Assembly: GCA_963742755.1 (NCBI GenBank) | Contig: CAVUMU010000011.1 | Span: 256,147-320,146, forward strand | Direction of reading: 5' to 3' | Source: an uncultured Gemmatimonadales bacterium | GTDB taxonomy: Bacteria > Gemmatimonadota > Gemmatimonadetes > Gemmatimonadales > GWC2-71-9 | Length of the DNA stretch: 64,000 nt | Part shown: positions 9,519 through 17,168 of the stretch, in pieces | Position numbering within the stretch: position 1 is the stretch's first letter | Layout of the letters: every line of letters starts with the position of its first letter | Notes under the pieces: generated by a model | What the model was told of the DNA's origin: nothing | The model's input: only the letters and a program-made list of their open reading frames with translations | The model's database searches: none | Made by a program: the position numbers and the translations under genes

Positions 9519-9627
9519 TTGCTGGAGCTGATCATGGTTCCTCGTAGCGAGGGCCCTTCTGCCGGGTGCCCTGAAGCTGCCGAGATGCAGCATCAACGCC
9601 AGCAAACTCCAGCATCGTGTGCCACGA
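9519..9627 (+). repeat. AAACTCCAGCA repeat family, unit A
   Basis: TTGCTGGAGCTGATCATGGTTCCTCGTAGC ... GCAGCATCAACGCCAGCAAACTCCAGCATCGTGTGCCACGA; compare units B and C. Confidence 0.6.
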
Positions 9628-9633
9628 ACTCGC

Positions 9634-9668
9634 GTCTGGATCAGCCGCGTCCTGGTTGACCCCAGAAG
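9634..9668 (+). repeat. Degenerate tRNA-Gln 3'-half copy
   Basis: GTCTGGATCAGCCGCGTCCTGGTTGACCCCAGAAGG versus tRNA CTCTGGATCAGGAGAGTCCTGGTTCGAGCCCAGGAGG. Confidence 0.6.
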
Positions 9669-9671
9669 GTC

Positions 9672-9702
9672 GCCTTCGGCTGCGAGCCCAGGAGGGGCAA
9701 TG
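9672..9702 (+). repeat. 31-bp direct repeat copy 2
   Basis: Identical to 3943..3973. Followed by a weak hairpin and T6 (9724-9729). Confidence 0.85.
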
Positions 9703-9867
9703 CCGAGAGCGGAAGCCCCCGGCTTTTTTCATGGGCATCCGCCTCCCCGCTCCTCTCGTCCTGCCTGCAACAGGCAAGGATGTCGATTTCACGCACCCCC
9801 GTTCGATGTCTTGGTGGAGGGAGCGGCGAATGACCCTCCCCCACAACCTGCGATAGATGGAGGCCTT

Positions 9868-10284
9868 ATGCGCGTCATGGTGATCGTGAAGGCTACGAAG
9901 GAGGCCGAGGAGCAGAACACCCCCCTCGGGATGGAAGGCGCCGCCGAGATGTTCAAGGCGATGGAGAAGTACAACGAGGAACTGGTGAAGGCCGGGATCA
10001 TGCTCTCCGGCGACGGGCTCAAGCCGAGCAAGTTCGGGAAGCGGATCCACTTCAGCGGCGCCAAGCGGTCGGTGACCGACGGCCCCTTTGCCGAGACCAA
10101 GGAACTGGTGGCGGGCTACTGGGTCTGGCAGGTGCGATCGATGGAGGAGGCGGTCGAGTGGGCCAAGCGGTGCCCGAACCCGATGCCGGGGCCGAGCGAT
10201 CTCGAGATCCGTCCCTTCTGGGAGCCGGAGGACTTCGACCCCGAGATCGTGGCACAGGTGAACGCCTCCGCGAGAAGATCGTGA
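9868..10284 (+). CDS. YciI-family (DGPF-motif) protein
   Basis: GGAGG sits 7 nt before ATG 9868. MRVMVIVKATKEAEE...VTDGPFAETKELVAGYWVWQV is typical of the YCII/DGPF family. Confidence 0.85.
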   Translation: MRVMVIVKATKEAEEQNTPLGMEGAAEMFKAMEKYNEELVKAGIMLSGDGLKPSKFGKRIHFSGAKRSVTDGPFAETKELVAGYWVWQVRSMEEAVEWAKRCPNPMPGPSDLEIRPFWEPEDFDPEIVAQVNASARRS

Positions 10285-10376
10285 ATGGGGGGAGTGAGCC
10301 TTACAACCTGTTGCACGGCGAGAATCCCATGGGTGCCGCTCTTCTGGCCTCCTTAACCTGACGATGGGGACGTTGG

Positions 10377-10469
10377 GCGCATTTGAGCGAGTGAAGTACG
10401 GCAAAGTCCAGCATGAAACCAACAAACTCCAGCAGGCAAGTTGCTGGAATTCGAAAGGTTCTCGTAGCC
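10377..10469 (+). repeat. AAACTCCAGCA repeat family, unit B
   Basis: GGCGCATTTGAGCGAGTGAAGTACGGCAAAGT...CAACAAACTCCAGCAGGCAAGTTGCTGGAATTCGAAAGGTTCTCGTAGCC. Contains the hairpin TCCAGCA/TGCTGGA. Confidence 0.6.
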
Positions 10470-10503
10470 CCGCACCGCTAGAGGCGGAAATCCGCTGAGG
10501 CGA

Positions 10504-11841
10504 TCAGCGTCTGAAGAACTCTCGGTGCAGCCGCAGGAGCAGGGGAATCGAAAGGAGCACCGAGACCAGGTTGGGGATGGCCATCAGTCCATTGAGGGTG
10601 TCGGCGATATCCCACACCAGGTGAAGGGACCCCACGGCGCCGAGGTAGATGAACACCAGCCACACCAGCCGGTAGGGCAATGCCGCCCGGCTGCCGAAGA
10701 GGTACACGATACCGGTCTCCCCATAGTAGCTCCACCCGATGATCGTGGAGAACGCGAAGAGCACCAGGCCGGTGGTCACCAGGATGTCGCCCCACACACC
10801 GGGAAGGCCGGTCTCGAAGGCGCGGCCGGTAAGTGCGGCGCCGGTCTCGCCGGTCTCCCAGGCGCCGGTCACCAGGATCACCAGTCCTGTCGTGGTGCAG
10901 ATGAGGAGGGTGTCCACGAACACTTCGAAGATGCCGTACATCCCCTGACGGACCGGATGGTCGGTGTTCGCCGCGGCGTGCACCAGCGGGGCGCTGCCCA
11001 GACCGGCCTCGTTGGAGAAGAGCCCCCGGGCGATGCCGTAGCGCAGGGCCAGCATGACCGTGCCACCGGCGAAGCCACCCGTCGCTGCGGTTCCACTGAA
11101 TGCTCCATCCACGACAAGCCCAAGTGCGTGCGGGATCTGGCCGGCGTGCATGACCAAAACCACCAGCCCGCCAGTGAGGTACACGAGGGCCATGAACGGC
11201 ACCAGGATTTCGGCGAACGCGGCAATGCGGCGGATACCACCCAGGATTACGGCGCCGGCCAGCACCACCATCGCGAGGCCCACCAGCGGCGGTGCGAATC
11301 CGAACGATGCCTGGAGGCTCTGGGCCACCGAGTTCGCCTGTACCATGTTGCCGATGCCAAAGGCGGCGAGAGCGGTGAGCAGCGCGAAGATTCCACCCAG
11401 CCAGGGGAGCCCCAGCCGCCGCAGGGTGTACATGGCGCCGCCGCGCATGACGCCGGACGCGTCCCTTTCCCGGTAGTGGAGCGCCACGACGATCTCGGAG
11501 TACTTCGTCGCCATTCCCAGAAGGCCAGAGACCCAGAGCCAGAAGAGCGCACCGGGTCCACCCAACGAAATCGCGGTCGCGACGCCGGCAATGTTGCCGA
11601 CGCCCACGGTCGAGGCGAGCGCCGTTGCCACTGCCTGGAACGGGGTGACACTACCCTCCCCGGCACCGGGACGTCTGAGTTTTCCCAGCACCTCGGCCAG
11701 GGAGGTGCCGAGACGGCGGAACTGCACCGCACCCGTGAGTATCGTGAGCAAGACCCCGGTACCCACCAGCAACGCCAGCATCGGAGGACCCCAGACGATG
11801 CTGTTGAGCCAGGCATTCGCGCGCGTGAGGAAGTCGATCAT
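10504..11841 (-). CDS. Alanine/glycine:cation symporter (AGCS family)
   Basis: 445-aa polytopic protein. MIDFLTRANAWLNSIVWGPPMLALLVGTGVLLTI...FQAVATALASTVGVGNIAGVATAI is typical of sodium:alanine symporters. Confidence 0.9.
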   Translation of the reverse strand: MIDFLTRANAWLNSIVWGPPMLALLVGTGVLLTILTGAVQFRRLGTSLAEVLGKLRRPGAGEGSVTPFQAVATALASTVGVGNIAGVATAISLGGPGALFWLWVSGLLGMATKYSEIVVALHYRERDASGVMRGGAMYTLRRLGLPWLGGIFALLTALAAFGIGNMVQANSVAQSLQASFGFAPPLVGLAMVVLAGAVILGGIRRIAAFAEILVPFMALVYLTGGLVVLVMHAGQIPHALGLVVDGAFSGTAATGGFAGGTVMLALRYGIARGLFSNEAGLGSAPLVHAAANTDHPVRQGMYGIFEVFVDTLLICTTTGLVILVTGAWETGETGAALTGRAFETGLPGVWGDILVTTGLVLFAFSTIIGWSYYGETGIVYLFGSRAALPYRLVWLVFIYLGAVGSLHLVWDIADTLNGLMAIPNLVSVLLSIPLLLRLHREFFRR

Positions 11842-11883
11842 GTGGGTTCAGGACCCCAATTGAGTCGTAGCCAACTTCACAGA

Positions 11884-11908
11884 GCACCCTCGATCATCGA
11901 GGACGTGC
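11884..11908 (-). promoter_or_regulatory. Strong hairpin/palindrome in the symporter leader
   Basis: GCAC-CCTCGATCATCGAGG-ACGTGC has a perfect 15-nt palindromic core. It lies about 45 nt upstream of the start at 11841. Confidence 0.45.
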
Positions 11909-11990
11909 CCGGCCGCCACTGCTGACGGCACTACTTATGGGCTGGTGTGTGTGTCGAGTTGATCCAGTCAGATCAAACGGGTGCCTACCC

Positions 11991-12097
11991 GCGACATTTG
12001 CGCGAGTAAAGTACGTCAAAGTAGGTGGTGGAAGCCAGCAAACTCCAGCATCGGGTGACACGATCACGAGCAAAGGGTTGCAAGCGGCTGGAATTTG
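11991..12097 (+). repeat. AAACTCCAGCA repeat family, unit C
   Basis: GCGACATTTGCGCGAGTAAAGTACGTCAAAGT...GCCAGCAAACTCCAGCATCGGGTGACACGA...CAAGCGGCTGGAATTTGG aligns with units A and B. Confidence 0.6.
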
Positions 12098-12107
12098 GGT
12101 GCCAGGG

Positions 12108-12150
12108 CGGCCCCTCTGGATCAGGGGTGGCCCCAAGCCCGCCTGCGGCT
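12108..12150 (+). repeat. tRNA-Gln-like fragment
   Basis: CCCCTCTGGATCAGGGG shares the 12-mer CTCTGGATCAGG with the tRNA-Gln anticodon arm. It is followed by GCCTGCGGCTCGAG, which resembles the start of the 31-bp repeat. Confidence 0.4.
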
Positions 12151-12198
12151 CGAGTAAATGGCGACAAATTGTTGGAGTTTAGGCGATTACAACGGACC

Positions 12199-12265
12199 CT
12201 CTGGATCGGGAGAGTCCTGATACGGCGCAGGGAGGGGCAATGGCCGGCGCAACCGCCCCGGCCAT
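12199..12265 (+). repeat. Diverged copy of the tRNA-Gln 3' half plus its terminator hairpin
   Basis: CTCTGGATCGGGAGAGTCCTGATACGGCGCAGGGAGGGGCAATGGCCGGCGCAACCGCCCCGGCC versus 3859..3924 CTCTGGATCAGGAGAGTCCTGGTTCGAGCCCAGGAGGGGCAACTGGCCGGTGCAACAGCACCGGCC. Confidence 0.65.
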
Positions 12266-12390
12266 CGTTGTTGGTGAACTCGCCCTGCCGCTCCGAGCCC
12301 AGCAGACCGCCGGCCGGCTAGTCCCCCTCGCGGCTGACAGCCCATCGGTCCTGTTAATCTTAGAGTCCATCACCATCGAGGTCGGGCCAC

Positions 12391-12891
12391 ATGTTAGTCA
12401 GGATCACTCGCTCTCCACCTAAGCGGTGGCAGTGGATGGCACTCGCCATCGCCATTTTGAGTCTTGACTACCTGAGCGGTCCCTTCATTCAATTTCCCAT
12501 CCTGTTCGTCATTCCGGTGATCTTGGCTACCTGGGTCGATGGCCGAACCTGGGGGATTGCAGCAGGGGTCGGTCTCCCGCTGGCGCGGCTCGCCTTCACG
12601 ACTCAGTGGGGCGCTCCGTCCTCTCTGCCGCTAGCGATCCTCGATCAGCTCGTCGATGTCATGGTTTTGGTAGGGTTTGCCCTCGCGACGCATCGTTTCA
12701 TCCTCCAGGAGCGGGAGGTCCGGGTGCTCGAGGGCTTGCTTCCGATCTGCGGATTTTGCAAGCGGATAAGGACCGAGGAGCAAACCTGGCAACAGCTCGA
12801 GCAGTTCATCACCAGCAAGTCAGAGGCCCGGTTCAGCCACACCGTCTGTCCCGAGTGTGGCCGCCGGCACTACGGCGAATATTCGGAGTGA
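12391..12891 (+). CDS. Small membrane protein with C-terminal CxxC-N29-CxxC zinc-ribbon-like tail
   Basis: 166 aa with about 3 hydrophobic helices, then LPICGFCKRIRTEEQTWQQLEQFITSKSEARFSHTVCPECGRRHY. Confidence 0.75.
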   Translation: MLVRITRSPPKRWQWMALAIAILSLDYLSGPFIQFPILFVIPVILATWVDGRTWGIAAGVGLPLARLAFTTQWGAPSSLPLAILDQLVDVMVLVGFALATHRFILQEREVRVLEGLLPICGFCKRIRTEEQTWQQLEQFITSKSEARFSHTVCPECGRRHYGEYSE

Positions 12892-12926
12892 TCGCTCGCC
12901 CCAACGAGGGCGGAGCGGGAGGAGCA

Positions 12927-13910
12927 TTACCCGGCGTGAGACGCCTCCTCAGCCATAGGCGTCCGCGAAGTCCGTCCTGCTCGCCGGCCAGTCGGTCTCA
13001 CCACGAGCACCGGGACCTCTGCGGCACGCACCAGCTTATCGGCAACGCTCCCGACCACCAGCCGGTGCAGGCCGCCTCGACCGTGAGTCGCCACGGCTAC
13101 CAGGCTGGTGCGTCCGGGGCGCGCGAGATCCAGCAGCGTTCCGGCGACTCCGGCACCGAGCACCTCCACCCCGGAAGCCTTTACTCCTGACTCCCGCAGG
13201 CGCTCCGCGACGTCCCGGACATAGTCCCGCGCCGATTCGCGCTGGATTCTGGTCATCTGGTCAGAGTAGCCAGTGGGGAAGGGAAGCGGCGGGTCACTCG
13301 CCAGTGGGACAGGGAGGACGACCTGCAGCAGGGAAATTTCCGCATCCCACAACCGGGCGAGGGCAGCCGCAGGCTCGAGGACTGCTTCGGCCAGCGGCGA
13401 CCCATCCAGCGGTACCAATATTTCGCTCAGGCCCACAGAGGATTCGGCTGGCGCGGTCTCGCTTGACCGGACTACCAGGATCGGGACCTCCGACATTCGG
13501 ATAAGCTGATCGGTAATGCTCCCGAGCCATGCGCGGCGGATTCCCCCCCGCCCGTGAGTGGTCATGACCACGAGATCGGCCCCGAGTTCACGGATGTAGG
13601 TCGTGAGAGTCCGAGCCAGCGGCATCCGCCGCAGCACCGCAGAGGAAACCGACCGCCCAAGTCGCTCGCGAAGGCGAGCGGTGACTGACTTCAGGTAGTC
13701 GCGATCAGCCTTCTGCCTGGCAAGCTCAACCTTGGTGTAAGCCGGCCCCGATTCCATCAGCAACAGTGGCTCATGAATGAGCACGAGCTTGAGTTTGCAC
13801 CGAGCCCGCTCGGCGATCGCCTGGGCAATTGGGATGGCTTGCTCGGCTAGCGGTGAGCCGTCGAGCGGCACCAGAATCGACTGAAAGCCTCCAGGGCTTG
13901 AGCGGCTCAT
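12927..13910 (-). CDS. Universal stress protein, tandem USP domains
   Basis: 327 aa with two USP units (ILVPLDGSPLAE...VMTTHGRGGIRRAWLGSITDQL and ILVPLDGSPLAE...VATHGRGGLHRLVVGSVADKL). ATGA overlap with the upstream gene. Confidence 0.9.
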   Translation of the reverse strand: MSRSSPGGFQSILVPLDGSPLAEQAIPIAQAIAERARCKLKLVLIHEPLLLMESGPAYTKVELARQKADRDYLKSVTARLRERLGRSVSSAVLRRMPLARTLTTYIRELGADLVVMTTHGRGGIRRAWLGSITDQLIRMSEVPILVVRSSETAPAESSVGLSEILVPLDGSPLAEAVLEPAAALARLWDAEISLLQVVLPVPLASDPPLPFPTGYSDQMTRIQRESARDYVRDVAERLRESGVKASGVEVLGAGVAGTLLDLARPGRTSLVAVATHGRGGLHRLVVGSVADKLVRAAEVPVLVVRPTGRRAGRTSRTPMAEEASHAG

Positions 13911-14146
13911 GCGTTCCTCCCCGAATGAGATGTCCTGGCCCCGGTTTCACCCCCCGACGAGGTGTTCCGGTGGCCTTTGATCCAGGCATAGACCGGGCAG
14001 AATCCCGTCAGCCCACAGCCTAGAGGGATGAGTCCGAGCAGCGTCAGATAGCTCCACGGCGGCTCGAGCGCGCCGTACAAACCGAGAATCATCACCCCGA
14101 TGATCAGGTGCACGGCCCGCTCGACCCAGCCAGCGTTGCGTCGCAT
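13907..14146 (-). CDS. DUF2892/YgaP-like small membrane protein
   Basis: 79 aa. ERAVHLIIGVMILGLYGA...LLGLIPLGCGLTGFCPVYAWI is typical of the two-TM DUF2892 family. Confidence 0.7.
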   Translation of the reverse strand: MRRNAGWVERAVHLIIGVMILGLYGALEPPWSYLTLLGLIPLGCGLTGFCPVYAWIKGHRNTSSGGETGARTSHSGRNA

Positions 14147-14172
14147 ACGACCTCCCGAGTCTTGGTTGGCGG

Positions 14173-15036
14173 TCAGAGTGGTATGGTCAAGACAGCACAG
14201 GGGGAGGCGTGCGCGATTCGTCGGGCGGTGCTCCCGGCCTCGAGCACACCCGGCGCGCCACCGCGGTGATACCCGATGGCCAGGACATCGGCCCCGCTCT
14301 CTTGCGCCTGCGCCACCACTCGCTCCAGAACGTTACCCCGCTGGATTGCCAGGGGAGCGTCCGGGAAACCTTCCCGCGCCAGTATCTCGCGCACTTGAAG
14401 TTGGAGGGATGCGCTCCGTGTCACCGGCAGCGTGGAAACGATCTGCAAGGGCTCGTCACCGGGTCGCTGTTCGACCGTGATCGCTTCGACAGTACCCCCG
14501 ACATGCCGGGCGAAATCGCAGGACTGGTTCAGCACGTTAATACCGCGGTCGGAGCCGTCCAGCGCCACGAGTACCCTCCTGATCTCGCCTGATCCCGGTG
14601 GTACGAACAGACAGGGGGACCGGGTCCTCCGCGCCACCGCGTCGGCGGTATCGCCCAGCAGGAGTCGCGTCATCGAGGAATGGCGCTTGCGTCCGAGCAC
14701 CAGCAGATCGGTCTCGGCCTGCTCGGCAAAGCGGCAGATCTCGATGCCGGGGACCCCGCAGGCGGTAGCGAGCTCGGCGGCCCGACCCGCATCCGATAAG
14801 AGGACGTCGGGTTCGAGCCACCGGCGCAGATTCGTCAGCGCTACCTCGTCCTCGCCACCGTTCGGATAGGCCATGCCCTGGCTGACGGCCACCAGACGGC
14901 GGCTGGTCTCTACCGCGGTTACCCGCAGGATCGTGACCCGGGCCGACGCCTGCGACGCCAGATCCAGGGCGGTCCTGACTGCCTGGCGGCCGGCATCTGA
15001 CTGGTCGGCTGCGACCAGAATGTGCCGCAGTAACAT
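14173..15036 (-). CDS. Universal stress protein, tandem USP domains
   Basis: 287 aa: ILVAADQSDAGRQAV...LLVLGRKRHSSMTRLLLGDTADAV and VLVALDGSDRG...VLAIGYHRGGAPGVLEAGSTARRI. Confidence 0.9.
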   Translation of the reverse strand: MLLRHILVAADQSDAGRQAVRTALDLASQASARVTILRVTAVETSRRLVAVSQGMAYPNGGEDEVALTNLRRWLEPDVLLSDAGRAAELATACGVPGIEICRFAEQAETDLLVLGRKRHSSMTRLLLGDTADAVARRTRSPCLFVPPGSGEIRRVLVALDGSDRGINVLNQSCDFARHVGGTVEAITVEQRPGDEPLQIVSTLPVTRSASLQLQVREILAREGFPDAPLAIQRGNVLERVVAQAQESGADVLAIGYHRGGAPGVLEAGSTARRIAHASPCAVLTIPL

Positions 15037-15085
15037 TTCCCCCTCCTGTTCCCTTGCTTGGTGATGCAGGGTACGGCGGGGGCCA

Positions 15086-15101
15086 TGAAGAAAGGGTGAA
15101 G
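15086..15101 (-). promoter_or_regulatory. CTTCA-N6-CTTCA direct-repeat site A (upstream of USP 15036; divergent from the kinase)
   Basis: Plus strand TGAAGaaagggTGAAG. Gene sense ggCTTCACcctttCTTCATgg. 49 nt from the ATG. Confidence 0.6.
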
Positions 15102-15158
15102 CCGGCAGGAATATTTTCCGGATTTGGGGCGGCCGAACTTTCGCTGTAGCTTACGAGG

Positions 15159-16397
15159 GTGTCCCCTACCTCCATTCCCCGTCCGGTACCTCCCCGGGTG
15201 CGGCTGGAGCGGCTCGTGGTAGCCGCCTCATCGCTGATCACTGAGGTGTCCCTCGAAGGGGTGCTCGAGCGGGTGGTCGAGGTGGCGGCCGAGGTCATCG
15301 GCGCCCGATACGCAGCCATCGGTGTGCTGGCACCCGATGGGCGGCTCCTGGAAAGCTTTACCACGCACGGCATCGATGCCGAGCATCGTGCGCTCATCGG
15401 AGATCTTCCCCGGGGCCACGGCATTCTGGGACTCGTCATCCGCGCGGCCAGACCGATTCGTCTGCCCGATCTCACCCAACACCCCGACTCCTACGGCTTC
15501 CCGCCGCACCATCCTCCCATGCACTCGTTCCTGGGGGTTCCGATCGTCGGGAAGCGCGGCATCTTCGGGAATCTCTATCTCACCGAGAAGCTGGGCGGCG
15601 AGGCATTCACCGAGGATGACGAGCACATCGCTATTCTGCTGGCCGCCAACACGGCCGCCGCGGTAGAGAATGCCCGCTTGCATGAGGAGAGCGCTCAGCT
15701 GCTGGAGGAAGTGCAGCAGCTCCATCGCAACCGGGAACGCTTCTTCGCCATGGTGAACCACGAGTTGCGGAACGCCCTGGCCGCGGTCCAGGGTTGGTCG
15801 GAAATGATGGTTCGGAAGAAGGACCCCGCAACCGTACCCAAGGCGGCGTTCGAGGTGTTCGACTCGGCGAAACAGGCGGTTGGGCTGATCAACGACTTGC
15901 TCGATCTGAGCCGGCTCGACGAAGACCGCCTTCGACCCGTCATCCGTGCCCACGAAGCGGGCTCCATGGCCCGGCGGGCCCTAGCCCGGGTTACCCCCGC
16001 GGCCGTGGCGAAGGGGGTCAAACTACAATTGGATGTCGCCTCTGATCTCCCCAGCTGCAAGACCGACGCGAGCAGGGTCGAGCAGATCCTGCTCAACTTG
16101 CTGGGCAACGCCATGAATCACGCGCCGGAAGGTAGCACCATCGTTCTCGAGGTCACCGCCCGTGATTCGATGGTGGTCTACACCCTGGAGGACCAGGGAC
16201 CGGGGATCGCGGAGAGTGAAATCGAGCGGGTCTTCGACATCTATGTCACCAAGGACCCGGACGATACCCGTGGCATGGGACTTGGGCTCCCGCTCTCCCG
16301 CCGCCTGGCCCAGCTCCTCGGCGGAGAGCTTCGGGCGGTTGCCCGCCCCGGCCAGGGCGGCTGCTTCATTCTGGAGCTGCCTGGCTCGTGGACGTGA
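15159..16397 (+). CDS. Cytoplasmic GAF-domain sensor histidine kinase
   Basis: GAF region (GHGILGLVIRAARPIRLPDLTQHPDSYGFPPHHPPMHSFLGVPI...GNLYLTEK), H-box FFAMVNHELRNAL, and ATPase N/G boxes (LLNLLGNAMNH, DQGPGI, GMGLGL). No TM segment. GTG start; an alternative GTG lies near 15198. Confidence 0.9.
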   Translation: MSPTSIPRPVPPRVRLERLVVAASSLITEVSLEGVLERVVEVAAEVIGARYAAIGVLAPDGRLLESFTTHGIDAEHRALIGDLPRGHGILGLVIRAARPIRLPDLTQHPDSYGFPPHHPPMHSFLGVPIVGKRGIFGNLYLTEKLGGEAFTEDDEHIAILLAANTAAAVENARLHEESAQLLEEVQQLHRNRERFFAMVNHELRNALAAVQGWSEMMVRKKDPATVPKAAFEVFDSAKQAVGLINDLLDLSRLDEDRLRPVIRAHEAGSMARRALARVTPAAVAKGVKLQLDVASDLPSCKTDASRVEQILLNLLGNAMNHAPEGSTIVLEVTARDSMVVYTLEDQGPGIAESEIERVFDIYVTKDPDDTRGMGLGLPLSRRLAQLLGGELRAVARPGQGGCFILELPGSWT

Positions 16398-16455
16398 AGA
16401 AACCTTCATTGAGGCTTCCCACGGTTCTCACCGATCCGGTGGGAGATTCCCCAGG

Positions 16456-17157
16456 GTGAAAATCCTTGTGGTGGAGGACGACCGGAAGGTCGCCGGGTTC
16501 ATCGAGCAGGGCCTGAAAGAAGAGGGCTACGTGGTGGACGTGGCCGCGGATGGCGACGAGGCGACGCTGCTGGCCCATGTCTACGACTACGACATCATCC
16601 TGCTGGATGTCGTGCTGCCGAAGAAGAATGGTTTCCAGATCGCCACCGAGCTCCGTCGCGAGGGGCGGACCACTCCGATCTTGATGCTGACCTCCCGGGA
16701 CGCGGTCGAGGATGTCGTGCGCGGACTCGACTCGGGCGCGGACGACTACCTGGCAAAGCCGTTTCCCTTCGACGAGCTCCTCGCCCGGATCCGCGCGCTG
16801 CATCGCCGGGGAGGCGCCGAGCGGCTGGAGGTGCTCCGCTATCCACCGATCGCACTCGACCGGCTCCGGCACGTGGCTACGGTCAACGACAAGCGGCTGG
16901 ATCTCACCCCCAAGGAGTTTCAGCTGCTCGAGTATTTCCTGCTTCATCCCGAAGAGGTCGTCCGGCGCACCACGCTCCTGGAGAAGGTATGGGACATGCA
17001 CTTCGATCCGGAGAGCAACGTAGTGGACGTGCATGTGGGCAATCTGCGCCGGAAGCTGACCGAGGGAGCCCAGGAGCAGCTCCTGACCACGGTGCGGGGG
17101 GTGGGGTTCAGCCTCCGCCGCGGCGGGGAAGCCGCAGAGATATTGCCCGCCATCTAG
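16456..17157 (+). CDS. OmpR/PhoB-family response regulator
   Basis: GTG start. VKILVVEDDRKVAGFI...DIILLDVVLPKKNGF...LMLTSRD...DDYLAKPF is the receiver domain. The C-terminal winged helix is LTPKEFQLLEYFLLHPEEVVRRTTLLEKVWD...TVRGVGFSL. Confidence 0.9.
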   Translation: MKILVVEDDRKVAGFIEQGLKEEGYVVDVAADGDEATLLAHVYDYDIILLDVVLPKKNGFQIATELRREGRTTPILMLTSRDAVEDVVRGLDSGADDYLAKPFPFDELLARIRALHRRGGAERLEVLRYPPIALDRLRHVATVNDKRLDLTPKEFQLLEYFLLHPEEVVRRTTLLEKVWDMHFDPESNVVDVHVGNLRRKLTEGAQEQLLTTVRGVGFSLRRGGEAAEILPAI

Positions 17158-17168
17158 CCGCCAGCCGG

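Noticed and set aside
12108-12265. Resemblance of CTCTGGATC(G/A)GGAGAG...GGGAGGGGCAA to the glycine-riboswitch core, next to an alanine/glycine symporter.
   Set aside because: It is on the wrong strand for the symporter. It lacks the ACCGAAGG and CUCAGGCAAAAGGAC elements and a second aptamer. The same string is explained base-for-base by the tRNA-Gln anticodon and T arms.
3974-12390. Searched for an integrase, excisionase, transposase or toxin-antitoxin genes that would make the tRNA-Gln-flanked segments active mobile elements.
   Set aside because: No ORF in any frame shows tyrosine/serine recombinase or DDE motifs. The segments are therefore described only as possible immobilised islands.
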